Assembly: GCA_963718565.1 (NCBI GenBank)
Contig: OY970364.1
Location: forward strand, 1,472,001-1,536,000
Direction of reading: 5' to 3'
Length of the DNA: 64,000 nt
Source of the DNA: an uncultured Verrucomicrobiae bacterium
GTDB lineage: Bacteria; Chlamydiota; Chlamydiia; Chlamydiales; Rhabdochlamydiaceae
Shown here: positions 1 through 8,433 of the stretch, in pieces
Position numbering within the stretch: position 1 is the first letter of the stretch
Layout: each line of letters starts with the position of its first letter
Notes under the pieces: generated by a model
Database searches by the model: none
What the model saw: only the letters and a program-made list of their open reading frames with translations
Told to the model about the DNA's origin: nothing
Program-made: the position numbers and the translations under genes

Positions 1-5
1 GAGCA

Positions 6-425
6 GTGCAGTCCCCGCCGGCTCCAGAGACTTTGCCTTCTTACGCCCATCTTCATCCTCAAGTCATGGAAATTTTTGACAGAATGGTCGGGGTCATGAC
101 GGTGATGACTCTATCAGGAATGACGGAAACGACCATTACTTTAAATGCCCCTCAATTTGCTTCTTCTGTTTTTTTCGGCACTCAAATTATAATCCAAGAG
201 TACAGCACGGCTCCGCAAGCATTTAATATCCAACTCAACGGAACCCCTCAAGCAGTTGCACTCTTTCAAGGCAATGCCAATGATTTGATGGCGGCTTTTC
301 AAGCCGGCAATTATAATTTCCGCGTCAACCGCCTTGAAACTGGATATTTGACAGAACGTCCGTTATTTAAACGCAAAGAAAAGGCCGGGGACAAAGAAAA
401 AGACACAGGAGAAAGTCAACGATGA
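6..425 (+). CDS. CdsP/CT671-like (DUF5421, FliK/YscP-like C-terminal domain) T3SS protein, copy 1; probably 5'-truncated by window edge
   Basis: Shares the motif string ETTITL..SVFFGTQIIIQEYSTAPQAFNIQL with the next ORF; lies just upstream of cdsQ, where CT671 lies in Chlamydia. Confidence 0.65.
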   Translation: MQSPPAPETLPSYAHLHPQVMEIFDRMVGVMTVMTLSGMTETTITLNAPQFASSVFFGTQIIIQEYSTAPQAFNIQLNGTPQAVALFQGNANDLMAAFQAGNYNFRVNRLETGYLTERPLFKRKEKAGDKEKDTGESQR

Positions 426-1144
426 GCGTTTCATTGCCTCAAGAAATTTTTCGCAAAACCTCAACAGATTCCCAGGAAACTTCAGAACTTTCTTCTTCGG
501 GCAATATTCCCGATGGACGCTTTCGCGAATTACTGCAAGTTCTTCCGATCGATGACAACCCTCGCGAAAAAAATGTATTCGAGCTCGTGGAGGAAGAAGA
601 AGAGGAAAAATTCATCGATGGGCCTGGGTGTGTTCCCATTTCTTTAAATCCCATCTCTTCGGAGAAAAAAGCGGATAACGCCGATACTCTAGCCCTCTCT
701 TGCCTCCCCTCCGTTTTTTCTCCCATTCCCTTTCACGCGACATCCCACTTCACAGCCGCCGCCATCCAGCACTCTTTGCCTCCTGAAATCGAGGCCATTT
801 TTGAAAAAATGGCCTCCAGTATGATTGTGATGAGCTCATCCGAAGAAACGGAAACGACTCTGTTTCTCGACAATCCTGCTTCTCTTTTTTATGGGACAAA
901 GGTCACAATCCGAGAATTCAGTACCGCCCCCAAAGCATTTAATGTGGAAATTACAAGTTTTACACCAATGGTCAACGTGATCGAATCCTCTAAAAACGAT
1001 CTGTTGTCTGCTTTTCAACATGGAAATTTTAACTTTTCCATTCATCGGCTTGAAACATCTATTCATCGAGAAGAGCGCCCCGTGCTCCACAGAAAGGAAA
1101 GCTCCGATGGCGATAGCGAACAAAGAGGAGGCCGTGAAGAATGA
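422..1144 (+). CDS. CdsP/CT671-like (DUF5421) T3SS protein, copy 2
   Basis: Acidic low-complexity N-terminus; C-terminal ETTLFL..SLFYGTKVTIREFSTAPKAFNVEI paralogous to 6..425; ATGA overlaps on both sides. Confidence 0.65.
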   Translation: MSVSLPQEIFRKTSTDSQETSELSSSGNIPDGRFRELLQVLPIDDNPREKNVFELVEEEEEEKFIDGPGCVPISLNPISSEKKADNADTLALSCLPSVFSPIPFHATSHFTAAAIQHSLPPEIEAIFEKMASSMIVMSSSEETETTLFLDNPASLFYGTKVTIREFSTAPKAFNVEITSFTPMVNVIESSKNDLLSAFQHGNFNFSIHRLETSIHREERPVLHRKESSDGDSEQRGGREE

Positions 1145-2364
1145 CTGCAGCGCCTCTTAACTGGATCAAAGAGATTCATCTGGCCCTGATCGAAGCAAAA
1201 CAGATCCCCCTTCATGGATTTTCCCCTGCGTTTCCCTGGGAAGAATTTTCACAGAACATCGCCTCTTTGTTTCAAATTTCGGAGCTAAAAATTTCTCCCC
1301 GCACCCCACAATTTTTGAGAGGGCAAGATGTCCTGGCTGGGCTGGGCGCAGGATTTATTTCCATTGCCTTAGAAATGACCCCTTTGAGTGGCCAAGCATT
1401 CTGGATCATGGGAAAAGAGGATATTGCGAAATTGACCGCTTTGGCCTTGGCGTCCACTCCGGGCAAAGGATTTTCTTCTCCCCAATTTCAAGAGGGATTT
1501 TATTACTTCCTAGCAACACAAACACTCGCCGTTGTCAATGAGCTCAAAGCTTTTGGGGATCTTTCACCAAAAATTGGCAAAGCATCCTCCTTGGCTCAAG
1601 AAGAATCCCTATGCATCGATGTGGAAATCCAGCATCCCAAACAGACTCTCTGGGGAAGATTAGTCTGCCCCACAACTTTCCATCGAGAGTTTACAACCCA
1701 TTTCAGTACTCAAGAACCTGCACCGCTGACAAGCGCCTTGGCAAAGCAGATCGATGTCCCCTTGTCGCTACAGATAGGCCATACAGTCCTCTCTTTTGCT
1801 GAATGGAAAAGCGTCTCTGTCGGAGATTTTATTCTCCTAGATCGGTGCACTTTTGATCCGACCTCGCACAAAGGGACAGCAACGGTCACTCTTGAACACA
1901 TCCCTCTTTTGCGCGCCCGCATCAAGGAGAATAGTTTAAAAATTGTCGATTACGCTTTTTATCGTGAGGAAAAAAAACCAATGAGTTCCAAAACGCCAGA
2001 CGAAGAGGAAGAAAACCTCGAAGAGACATTCGATGCCGAGGAACCAGCTCCTTTAGAAGAAGCTTCGGAAGAAATAAGCATTGAAGAAGAACCTCTCTGG
2101 TCTTCTTCTCAAAACGTGGAAAAAATAGATGAAAAGATGATTGCTACGAGTGAAATTCCATTGACTGTGACAGTCGAGGTCGCACGCTTACGCATCCCCC
2201 TCGATAAATTGTTGCAGCTTTCTCCTGGCAACGTCCTGGAACTGCCGATTCGACCTGAACAAGGCGTCGATTTGACGATCGAAGGGAAAAAAGTCGCCAA
2301 AGCTGAGCTCATCAAATTGGGCGAAATGCTCGGTGTAAAAATCCTTCAAATCGGTGAACAGTAA
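1141..2364 (+). CDS. sctQ: T3SS cytoplasmic ring protein CdsQ/SctQ (FliN/SpoA domains)
   Basis: Two SpoA domains; C-terminal IPLTVTVEVARLRIPLDKLLQLSPGNVLEL..GKKVAKAELIKLGEMLGVKIL; synteny with pkn5. Confidence 0.92.
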   Translation: MTAAPLNWIKEIHLALIEAKQIPLHGFSPAFPWEEFSQNIASLFQISELKISPRTPQFLRGQDVLAGLGAGFISIALEMTPLSGQAFWIMGKEDIAKLTALALASTPGKGFSSPQFQEGFYYFLATQTLAVVNELKAFGDLSPKIGKASSLAQEESLCIDVEIQHPKQTLWGRLVCPTTFHREFTTHFSTQEPAPLTSALAKQIDVPLSLQIGHTVLSFAEWKSVSVGDFILLDRCTFDPTSHKGTATVTLEHIPLLRARIKENSLKIVDYAFYREEKKPMSSKTPDEEEENLEETFDAEEPAPLEEASEEISIEEEPLWSSSQNVEKIDEKMIATSEIPLTVTVEVARLRIPLDKLLQLSPGNVLELPIRPEQGVDLTIEGKKVAKAELIKLGEMLGVKILQIGEQ

Positions 2365-2369
2365 TTTTC

Positions 2370-3980
2370 ATGGCGGGAAGCTCTTTTTATAAACAAAATA
2401 CGATGCCCGATCTCATTTCAGGAGAAGAGAATTTTCCTCTTCCGACGATGATCGGCCCTTACAAAATTGAAAGCCTCTTTAGTAAAGGAGGCATGAGTCT
2501 GCTTTATCTCGGATTGGACCCGGAAACAAAAAAGGCCCTCATCATCAAAGTCCTCTCTCCTTCCCATGTCACGCATCCCGAAGCCGTAGAGAGGTTTTTA
2601 AAAGAAGCCAAAGTCATCGCGCTCAGCAATCATCCCAATATCGTCAAGCTCTATGGGCAAGGAGAATGGGAAAAAGGCCTTTATATCGCAATGGAGCTGA
2701 TCCATGGCATTTCGCTCAAGCAGTTTATTATGCAGCAATCGCTCTCGATGCGACGCGCCTTGGAAATTATCTTACAGGTCGCCTTTGCTCTTCTGCATTT
2801 GCACTCCCATGGAGTCATTCATCGCGATTTGAAACCCGAGAATATTTTGATCACAGAAGAAGGAGAAGTTAAAGTCATTGATTTTGGCATTGCCCAATTG
2901 CACGAGGAAAAAGAAAACCAGACTTCATCCTCGGGTAAATTTTTGGGCACCCCCAATTACATGAGCCCCGAACAAAAAGAAGATCCGTTTTCTGTCACTT
3001 TCGCAACGGACATTTATTCTCTCGGCGTAACTCTTTATGAGCTTGTCTTGGGGAAATTAAGTTACGGAATCATTCATTTGACAGCCCTCCCTAAAGGACT
3101 CAAAAAAATCGCCGCTAAAACCTTGGCGGTCTCTGTAAAGGAGCGTTATCAAACGATCTCCGAATTTATTCACGACATTTCTCAATATTTGCAATCTGGA
3201 GACCTTGAAAAGGAGCGCCCTGGGATAGACCAGGTCAAAGAATTGAATGAAAGGATCCAAAAGGCAAACCTCAGCCTTTCCCCGATCGCCCTTCCTACAT
3301 GGCCCCAAATCGATCTGGGGATCACGAAAGGTCGAGGCATGCAACAGCTCGGGCTTTATTACGATTTCTTCCGCCTTCCCAATAATACTTTTCTCATGTT
3401 TATCGCCACCACCAAGTCCGCTGCGATCGAGTCTGCCGTATCGATTGCTACCTTGCGTGGCATGATTCGGATGCACCTCCATGAATTTACACCTTCGAGC
3501 AGAGCCATTTTCAAGCCCCTAGCATTTACAGAAACATTGAACCGCATAGTCTGCGAAGACACATCTGGAGAAAAATTCGCCTTGAATGCTGTGCTATTAG
3601 ACCCCTTGCAAGACCGCGTCACATACATCTCCTGCGGATTCAATTCACTTGCGCACATTCCTCAAGGGCAAACCAAACCCCGGAAGCTCGCCTCAGAAAA
3701 TGACCTGCTTGGGACCTCTGTAACGACGGAATTTTCCGAAACCACCGATAACTGGAATGCAGGTGATATTCTTATCCTGCATTCTCTGGCACTGCCTCCT
3801 GAGGCCAAGCCCCAAGAAAAGGAGCAATGGGACCAGGCGATGAGTGAGGCGGCCACTGAAAATCTCCTTTTGTCCGCTCAAAGGCAGTCTGAGGCCATAT
3901 TTAAAAAAATTTCTACCACTTCCGCTTTTGCATTGATCCTCTATCCTAAAGCCTTGATCTCGATTCAAAGAATTATTTAA
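2370..3980 (+). CDS. pkn5: Pkn5-like Ser/Thr protein kinase with degenerate C-terminal SpoIIE/PP2C-like domain
   Basis: KGGMS, HRDLKPEN, DFG, GTPNYMSPEQ, DIYSLG motifs; follows cdsQ. Confidence 0.85.
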   Translation: MAGSSFYKQNTMPDLISGEENFPLPTMIGPYKIESLFSKGGMSLLYLGLDPETKKALIIKVLSPSHVTHPEAVERFLKEAKVIALSNHPNIVKLYGQGEWEKGLYIAMELIHGISLKQFIMQQSLSMRRALEIILQVAFALLHLHSHGVIHRDLKPENILITEEGEVKVIDFGIAQLHEEKENQTSSSGKFLGTPNYMSPEQKEDPFSVTFATDIYSLGVTLYELVLGKLSYGIIHLTALPKGLKKIAAKTLAVSVKERYQTISEFIHDISQYLQSGDLEKERPGIDQVKELNERIQKANLSLSPIALPTWPQIDLGITKGRGMQQLGLYYDFFRLPNNTFLMFIATTKSAAIESAVSIATLRGMIRMHLHEFTPSSRAIFKPLAFTETLNRIVCEDTSGEKFALNAVLLDPLQDRVTYISCGFNSLAHIPQGQTKPRKLASENDLLGTSVTTEFSETTDNWNAGDILILHSLALPPEAKPQEKEQWDQAMSEAATENLLLSAQRQSEAIFKKISTTSAFALILYPKALISIQRII

Positions 3981-4028
3981 TCAAAAAAAATAATATATAG
4001 TATTAAAAATTCTATTAAATATTAGAAA

Positions 4029-4057
4029 TTGAATCTATTTTTTATTTATAATATAAT
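4029..4057 (+). promoter_or_regulatory. sigma66/sigma70-type promoter of F-box/WD40 gene 1
   Basis: TTGAAT-N17-TATAAT; same module before paralogues (6631, 8326, 27300 minus). Confidence 0.7.
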
Positions 4058-4136
4058 TGGTTTTTAATAATTTGCTTTTTTATTAAAAGTAATCATTAGA
4101 AAATAAATAAAAAACTTAAATTAAGGATATAAATTT

Positions 4137-5663
4137 ATGACCTCATTTATCTCTGATTCAAACAAGCATGTCGTTGAGATACCACAGGACAACACCCTAG
4201 CCTTAAGTAGGGTATACAGAGATCCGCTGTCCATCAATGAATTCCCTGAAGAGATTCTCTCTCTCTTTTTTGAAAACTTATCTCTACAGGGAATTAGAGC
4301 ATGTCAATTGACCTGTAAAGAATGGAACTGGATTCTAAATAATAGTGATAATGATGGTTTGTGGGGGAGGTTACTTAAAAATCATTTTCCAAATGTAGAT
4401 GTAGATAGAGGCGTTGTTGAAAATTTTCATAGCGCTTACAAGACCCTCCACAATTTTTATTCAAACCTTATAAAAGGAGTGTGCGCTCCGTACGTCCTTC
4501 AAGGGCATGAAAACACGATTTCCTGCCTTGCCGTTGATGTTAATGTTGATAGCAGGCAACTCTTTTCAGCCTCTTTTGATCGCACCATCAAGGCCTGGGA
4601 TGCACAAACAGGGAAATGCTCCAAAACTCTTCAAGGACATACAGGCCTGGTTTACCGCCTTGTTGCTGATGCGAAGAGCAGGCAACTCTTTTCAGTCTCT
4701 TTGGATGGCACCTTCAAGGTCTGGGATACACGAACAGGAAAATGCCGCGGAACTCTTCAAGGGCATGAAGGCATTGTTTACTGCTTTACCGCTAATGTGA
4801 AGAGAGGGCTACTCTTTTCAGGCTCTTCGGATCGCACCATCAAGGTCTGGGATATACAAACGGGTAAATGCCTCAGAACTCTTCAAGAAGACCGTACAGA
4901 CACGGGTTACTGCCTTGTCGTTGAGGACAACAGCGGGCTACTCTTTTCCGCAAACTCTTCGGGTTACACCATCACGGTCTGGGACATACAAACGGGTAAA
5001 TACCTCAGAACTCTTCAAGGACATGAGTACACGGTTACTAGCCTTGCCGTTATTGAAGGGCAACTTTTTTCAGGCTCTTCGGATCGCACCATCAAGGTCT
5101 GGGACATACAAACGGGTAAATACCTCAGAACTCTTCACGGGCATACAAGCGCGGTTACCTGCCTTGCCGTTGATGACAAGCGCAGGGTACTCTTTTCAGT
5201 CTCTTTGGATCGCACCATCAAGGCCTGGGATACACGAACGGGTAAATGCATCGGAACTCTTCAAAGGCATGAAAACACGGGTTACTGTTACAGCCTTGCC
5301 GCTATTGACGGGAAACTTTTTTTGTTGAATATGAATGCTGATAACAACATGAATATGAATGCTGATAACAACATCGAGCTCTGGGACCTTACAGCAAGCC
5401 AGGACACGATTTTGCAACAGATGGCGAACATGCTAAAAACGGGAACAACACCGCAAATCCAGCGCGCTCTTAACCTATTTTCAAGAATGCCAAACAAGGT
5501 AAAAAATGCAATCTACGGAGAGTTGTATGATATTTGTAAGCCTTTCGCTAATGATTATTGGGGATGCGGAGAGCATGCTTTTCTCAACCAATATGGGCAA
5601 AGTTCTGAGCCTCATCAACAAGCCAAAGCGATTGAAAGTTATTTAAATAAACAAAAACCTTAA
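4137..5663 (+). CDS. F-box/WD40-repeat protein 1 (putative T3SS effector)
   Basis: F-box FPEEILSLFFENL..IRACQLTCKEW; about 7 GH..WD repeats; conserved C-terminal domain. Confidence 0.9.
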   Translation: MTSFISDSNKHVVEIPQDNTLALSRVYRDPLSINEFPEEILSLFFENLSLQGIRACQLTCKEWNWILNNSDNDGLWGRLLKNHFPNVDVDRGVVENFHSAYKTLHNFYSNLIKGVCAPYVLQGHENTISCLAVDVNVDSRQLFSASFDRTIKAWDAQTGKCSKTLQGHTGLVYRLVADAKSRQLFSVSLDGTFKVWDTRTGKCRGTLQGHEGIVYCFTANVKRGLLFSGSSDRTIKVWDIQTGKCLRTLQEDRTDTGYCLVVEDNSGLLFSANSSGYTITVWDIQTGKYLRTLQGHEYTVTSLAVIEGQLFSGSSDRTIKVWDIQTGKYLRTLHGHTSAVTCLAVDDKRRVLFSVSLDRTIKAWDTRTGKCIGTLQRHENTGYCYSLAAIDGKLFLLNMNADNNMNMNADNNIELWDLTASQDTILQQMANMLKTGTTPQIQRALNLFSRMPNKVKNAIYGELYDICKPFANDYWGCGEHAFLNQYGQSSEPHQQAKAIESYLNKQKP

Positions 5664-5759
5664 TGGTTAGGATCATTTTTTTGTTTATAATATAATTGGT
5701 TTTGAAAAATTTGCTTTTTATTAAAAGTAATCATTAGAAAAATAAATAAAAAAACTTAA

Positions 5760-6234
5760 CCCAAGTTCGCGGATTTCCCAGAGGAGCTATGCAAATTCGT
5801 CACTACATCTTGAATTAAACGAGTGTTTTATGACCTCTGAGAATTGAAGACGATAATCCCAGCGCCCTGTAAATCTCTATTTGCTCGCCTTCTGCCTTTG
5901 TAGTGCTGCGGTGGTAGAGCACCCTGCCTTCTGTTGTCTTGGCCCGCACAGTTACTCGGACTCGAGTAATCATGATATTACGTATTGTCTGCCACAAATA
6001 GTTTATCCCTTTTCGAACGGTCTGTCTTGAGGGTTTTCCTTATATACATGCCCTCAGATCTTACCGATGGATCGAATTTATTTGAACATGAAATAATTAT
6101 TTTACAAATTTTCAGTCACTACAAATTCGCAAAAACAGCAAAGCACTAAAAATAAGGGACTTACGAAAGCAAAGGTTGATTTTAATGTTGTTGATTATGA
6201 GGGACTTAGGTCAGCTCTCTCGGGCGAACTTGGG
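5760..6234 (-). mobile_element. Internally deleted IS1634-family derivative (475 bp, both ends kept)
   Basis: TIR CCCAAGTTCGC/GCGAACTTGGG; 5760-6017 matches 25202-25459 and 6017-6234 matches 27051-27268. Confidence 0.93.
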
Positions 6235-6615
6235 CTAGAACATCAGCAGCTTGGGTTTGGGAAAGAGCTTTTTGCTTTAGCTTAGAAAAGACTTCAGCCC
6301 TATCTAATTCTTTGGTACTCATAGTGATAATCCTCTCCATTTAATTACCTCCTTAGTAATGAATACCTTACTACCAGGAGAGGACATTCAGGAGGGGACA
6401 TTTCTATTTAACGCAAAGCGGACATTTCAAAAAAACGCTTATACCCAAACAACTTGAAAAATTGGTTTTTGACTGCGTCGGCAGCCATTGCCTTTGAGCC
6501 CGCGTCCATCGCACAACTTATTCAAGTTGTGCTGCTTCCGCGCCGGCTTCGCCTGCCTCAAATGCAGGGCGCCTTCTTGCCAAATTCCCAGTTTTTCAAG
6601 TTGTTTGGGTATACA
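6235..6615 (-). mobile_element. Left-end remnant of an IS481/IS1202(ISNCY)-like element, with a MITE inserted in its terminus
   Basis: Minus-strand MERIITMSTKELDRAEVFSKLKQKALSQTQAADVL (HTH-like transposase start); three AATGTCC subterminal repeats; TGTAAGCG end restored after removing the MITE. Confidence 0.6.
6442..6611. mobile_element. 170-bp palindromic MITE family A (TA target duplication)
   Basis: TIR TACCCAAACAACTTGAAAAA/TTTTTCAAGTTGTTTGGGTA flanked by TA; core homologous to 58820-58989. Confidence 0.85.
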
Positions 6616-6630
6616 ATTAAATATTAGAGA

Positions 6631-6659
6631 TTGAATCTATTTTTTATTTATAATATAAT
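6631..6659 (+). promoter_or_regulatory. sigma66-type promoter of F-box/WD40 gene 2
   Basis: TTGAAT-N17-TATAAT identical to 4029-4057. Confidence 0.7.
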
Positions 6660-6728
6660 TAGTTTTTAAGAATTTGCTTTTTTATTAGAAAATAAATAAA
6701 AAAAAACCTTAAATGAAGGATGTAAATT

Positions 6729-8024
6729 ATGAGCTTATCTATCTCTGATTCAAACAACGTCGGTAAGATACCGCACAATGCTCTAGCCTTAGATGAGTCG
6801 CCCTTTGATTACCTCCCTCAAGAGATAATCCGTTTCATTTTTGAACTATCACTCCTATCAGGAATTAGAGCAGGTAAATTGACCTGTAAAGAATGGAACC
6901 GGATTCTAGATGATAATAATTATGATTTATGGAAGAGGTTATTTAAAAATCATTTTCCAAGTGTAGATGTAGATAATGATTTATGGAAGTGGTTATTTAA
7001 AAATCATTTTCCAAGTGTAGATGTAGATATAAACACTATTGATATTGAAAGTTTTCATAGTGTTTACAAAACCTTCTATAATCTTTATTCAAATCTTGCA
7101 AAAGAAGCGTATGCTCCACAGACTCTTCAAGGGCATAGAGCCGTGATTTACCGCCTTGCCGTTAATCCTAACAGCAGCCAACTCTTTTCAGCCTCTTCTG
7201 ATGGCACCATCAAGGTCTGGGATACACGAACAGGTGAATGCCTCAGAACTCTTCAAAGGCAGGAAGGCAGCGGCGACTGCCTTGCCTTTGATGTTAATGG
7301 AGAACAATTCTTTTCAGCCCCTTCTGATGACACCATCAAGGCCTGGAATACACAAACGGGTAAATGCCTCGGAATTCTTGAAGGGCTTGAAGGCCGGGTC
7401 TACAGCCTTGCCGTTGGTGATAGCGGGAAAGTCTTTTTAAGCTCTTCTGATCATACCATCAAGGCCTGGGATACACAAACGGGTAAATGTCTCAGAACTC
7501 TTCAGGAGGGGCATGAAGGCGGGGTTCCCCGCATTTGGAATCCCCGCCTTGCCCTTAATGCTAAGGGTGAGAAGCTCTTTTCAAGCTCTTGTAATTGCAC
7601 CATCGAGGTCTGGGATACACGAACGGATAAACGCCTCGGAACTCTTGAAGGGCATAAAAAGATGGTTTACTGCCTTGCCTTTGATGCTAATAGGAAGCAA
7701 CTCTTTTCAGCCTCTTTTGATGGCATCATCAAGGTCTGGGATACAGAAACGGGTGAATGCTTCAGAACTCTTCAAGGGCATGGAGGCGTGGTTTACCATC
7801 TTGTCGTTGATCCTAGCAGCGGGCTACTCCTTTCATGCTCTTGGGATGACACTATCAAGGTCTGGGACATACAAACGGGTAAATGCCTCGGAACTCTTCA
7901 AGGGCGTGTGGGAGATTATTCCTGCGTTGCCTTTATTGGCGGGAAACTTTTTTTTGCAGGTATTGGTGGTAACAACATCAATGTCTGGGACTTTACAGCA
8001 GCAAGCCAGGACACAATTTTGTAA
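6729..8024 (+). CDS. F-box/WD40-repeat protein 2, lacking the family C-terminal domain
   Basis: F-box LPQEIIRFIF..LTCKEW; about 7 WD40 repeats; stops at ASQDTIL just before the duplicated pkn5 fragment. Confidence 0.88.
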   Translation: MSLSISDSNNVGKIPHNALALDESPFDYLPQEIIRFIFELSLLSGIRAGKLTCKEWNRILDDNNYDLWKRLFKNHFPSVDVDNDLWKWLFKNHFPSVDVDINTIDIESFHSVYKTFYNLYSNLAKEAYAPQTLQGHRAVIYRLAVNPNSSQLFSASSDGTIKVWDTRTGECLRTLQRQEGSGDCLAFDVNGEQFFSAPSDDTIKAWNTQTGKCLGILEGLEGRVYSLAVGDSGKVFLSSSDHTIKAWDTQTGKCLRTLQEGHEGGVPRIWNPRLALNAKGEKLFSSSCNCTIEVWDTRTDKRLGTLEGHKKMVYCLAFDANRKQLFSASFDGIIKVWDTETGECFRTLQGHGGVVYHLVVDPSSGLLLSCSWDDTIKVWDIQTGKCLGTLQGRVGDYSCVAFIGGKLFFAGIGGNNINVWDFTAASQDTIL

Positions 8025-8030
8025 GAGACA

Positions 8031-8277
8031 GATAACTGGAATCCAGGTGATATTCTTAATCCTGCATTCTGCTGGCACTGCCTCCTAAGGCCAAGCCCTA
8101 AGAAAAGGAGCAATGGGATCAGGCGATGAGTGAGGCGGCCACTGAAAATCTCCTTTTGTCCGCTCAAAGACAATCTTCTGAGCCCATATTTAAAAAAAAA
8201 TTTCTACTATACTGCGCCCGCTTTTGCATTAATCCCCTATGCTAAAGCCTTGATTTCGATTCAAAGAATTATTTAAT
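8031..8277 (+). pseudogene. Duplicated, frameshifted 3' fragment of pkn5
   Basis: Near-identical to 3747-3980, with indels; homology continues through the intergenic region to the ATG at 8434. Confidence 0.92.
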
Positions 8278-8325
8278 CAAAAAAATATAATATATAGCAT
8301 TAAAAATTCTATTAAATATTAGATA

Positions 8326-8354
8326 TTGAATACATTTTTTATTTATAATATAAT
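8326..8354 (+). promoter_or_regulatory. sigma66-type promoter of F-box/WD40 gene 3
   Basis: TTGAAT-N17-TATAAT. Confidence 0.7.
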
Positions 8355-8433
8355 TGATATTGAAAAATTTGTTTTTTATTAAAAACAATCATTATAAAAA
8401 ATAAATAAAAAACTTAAATAAGGATGTAAATTT

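Noticed and set aside
3993..4020. Possible dif/xrs-like site (TTCTATTAAAT resembles a XerD arm) near the IS1202-like insertion point
   Set aside because: No convincing XerC arm; match is expected by chance in very AT-rich DNA
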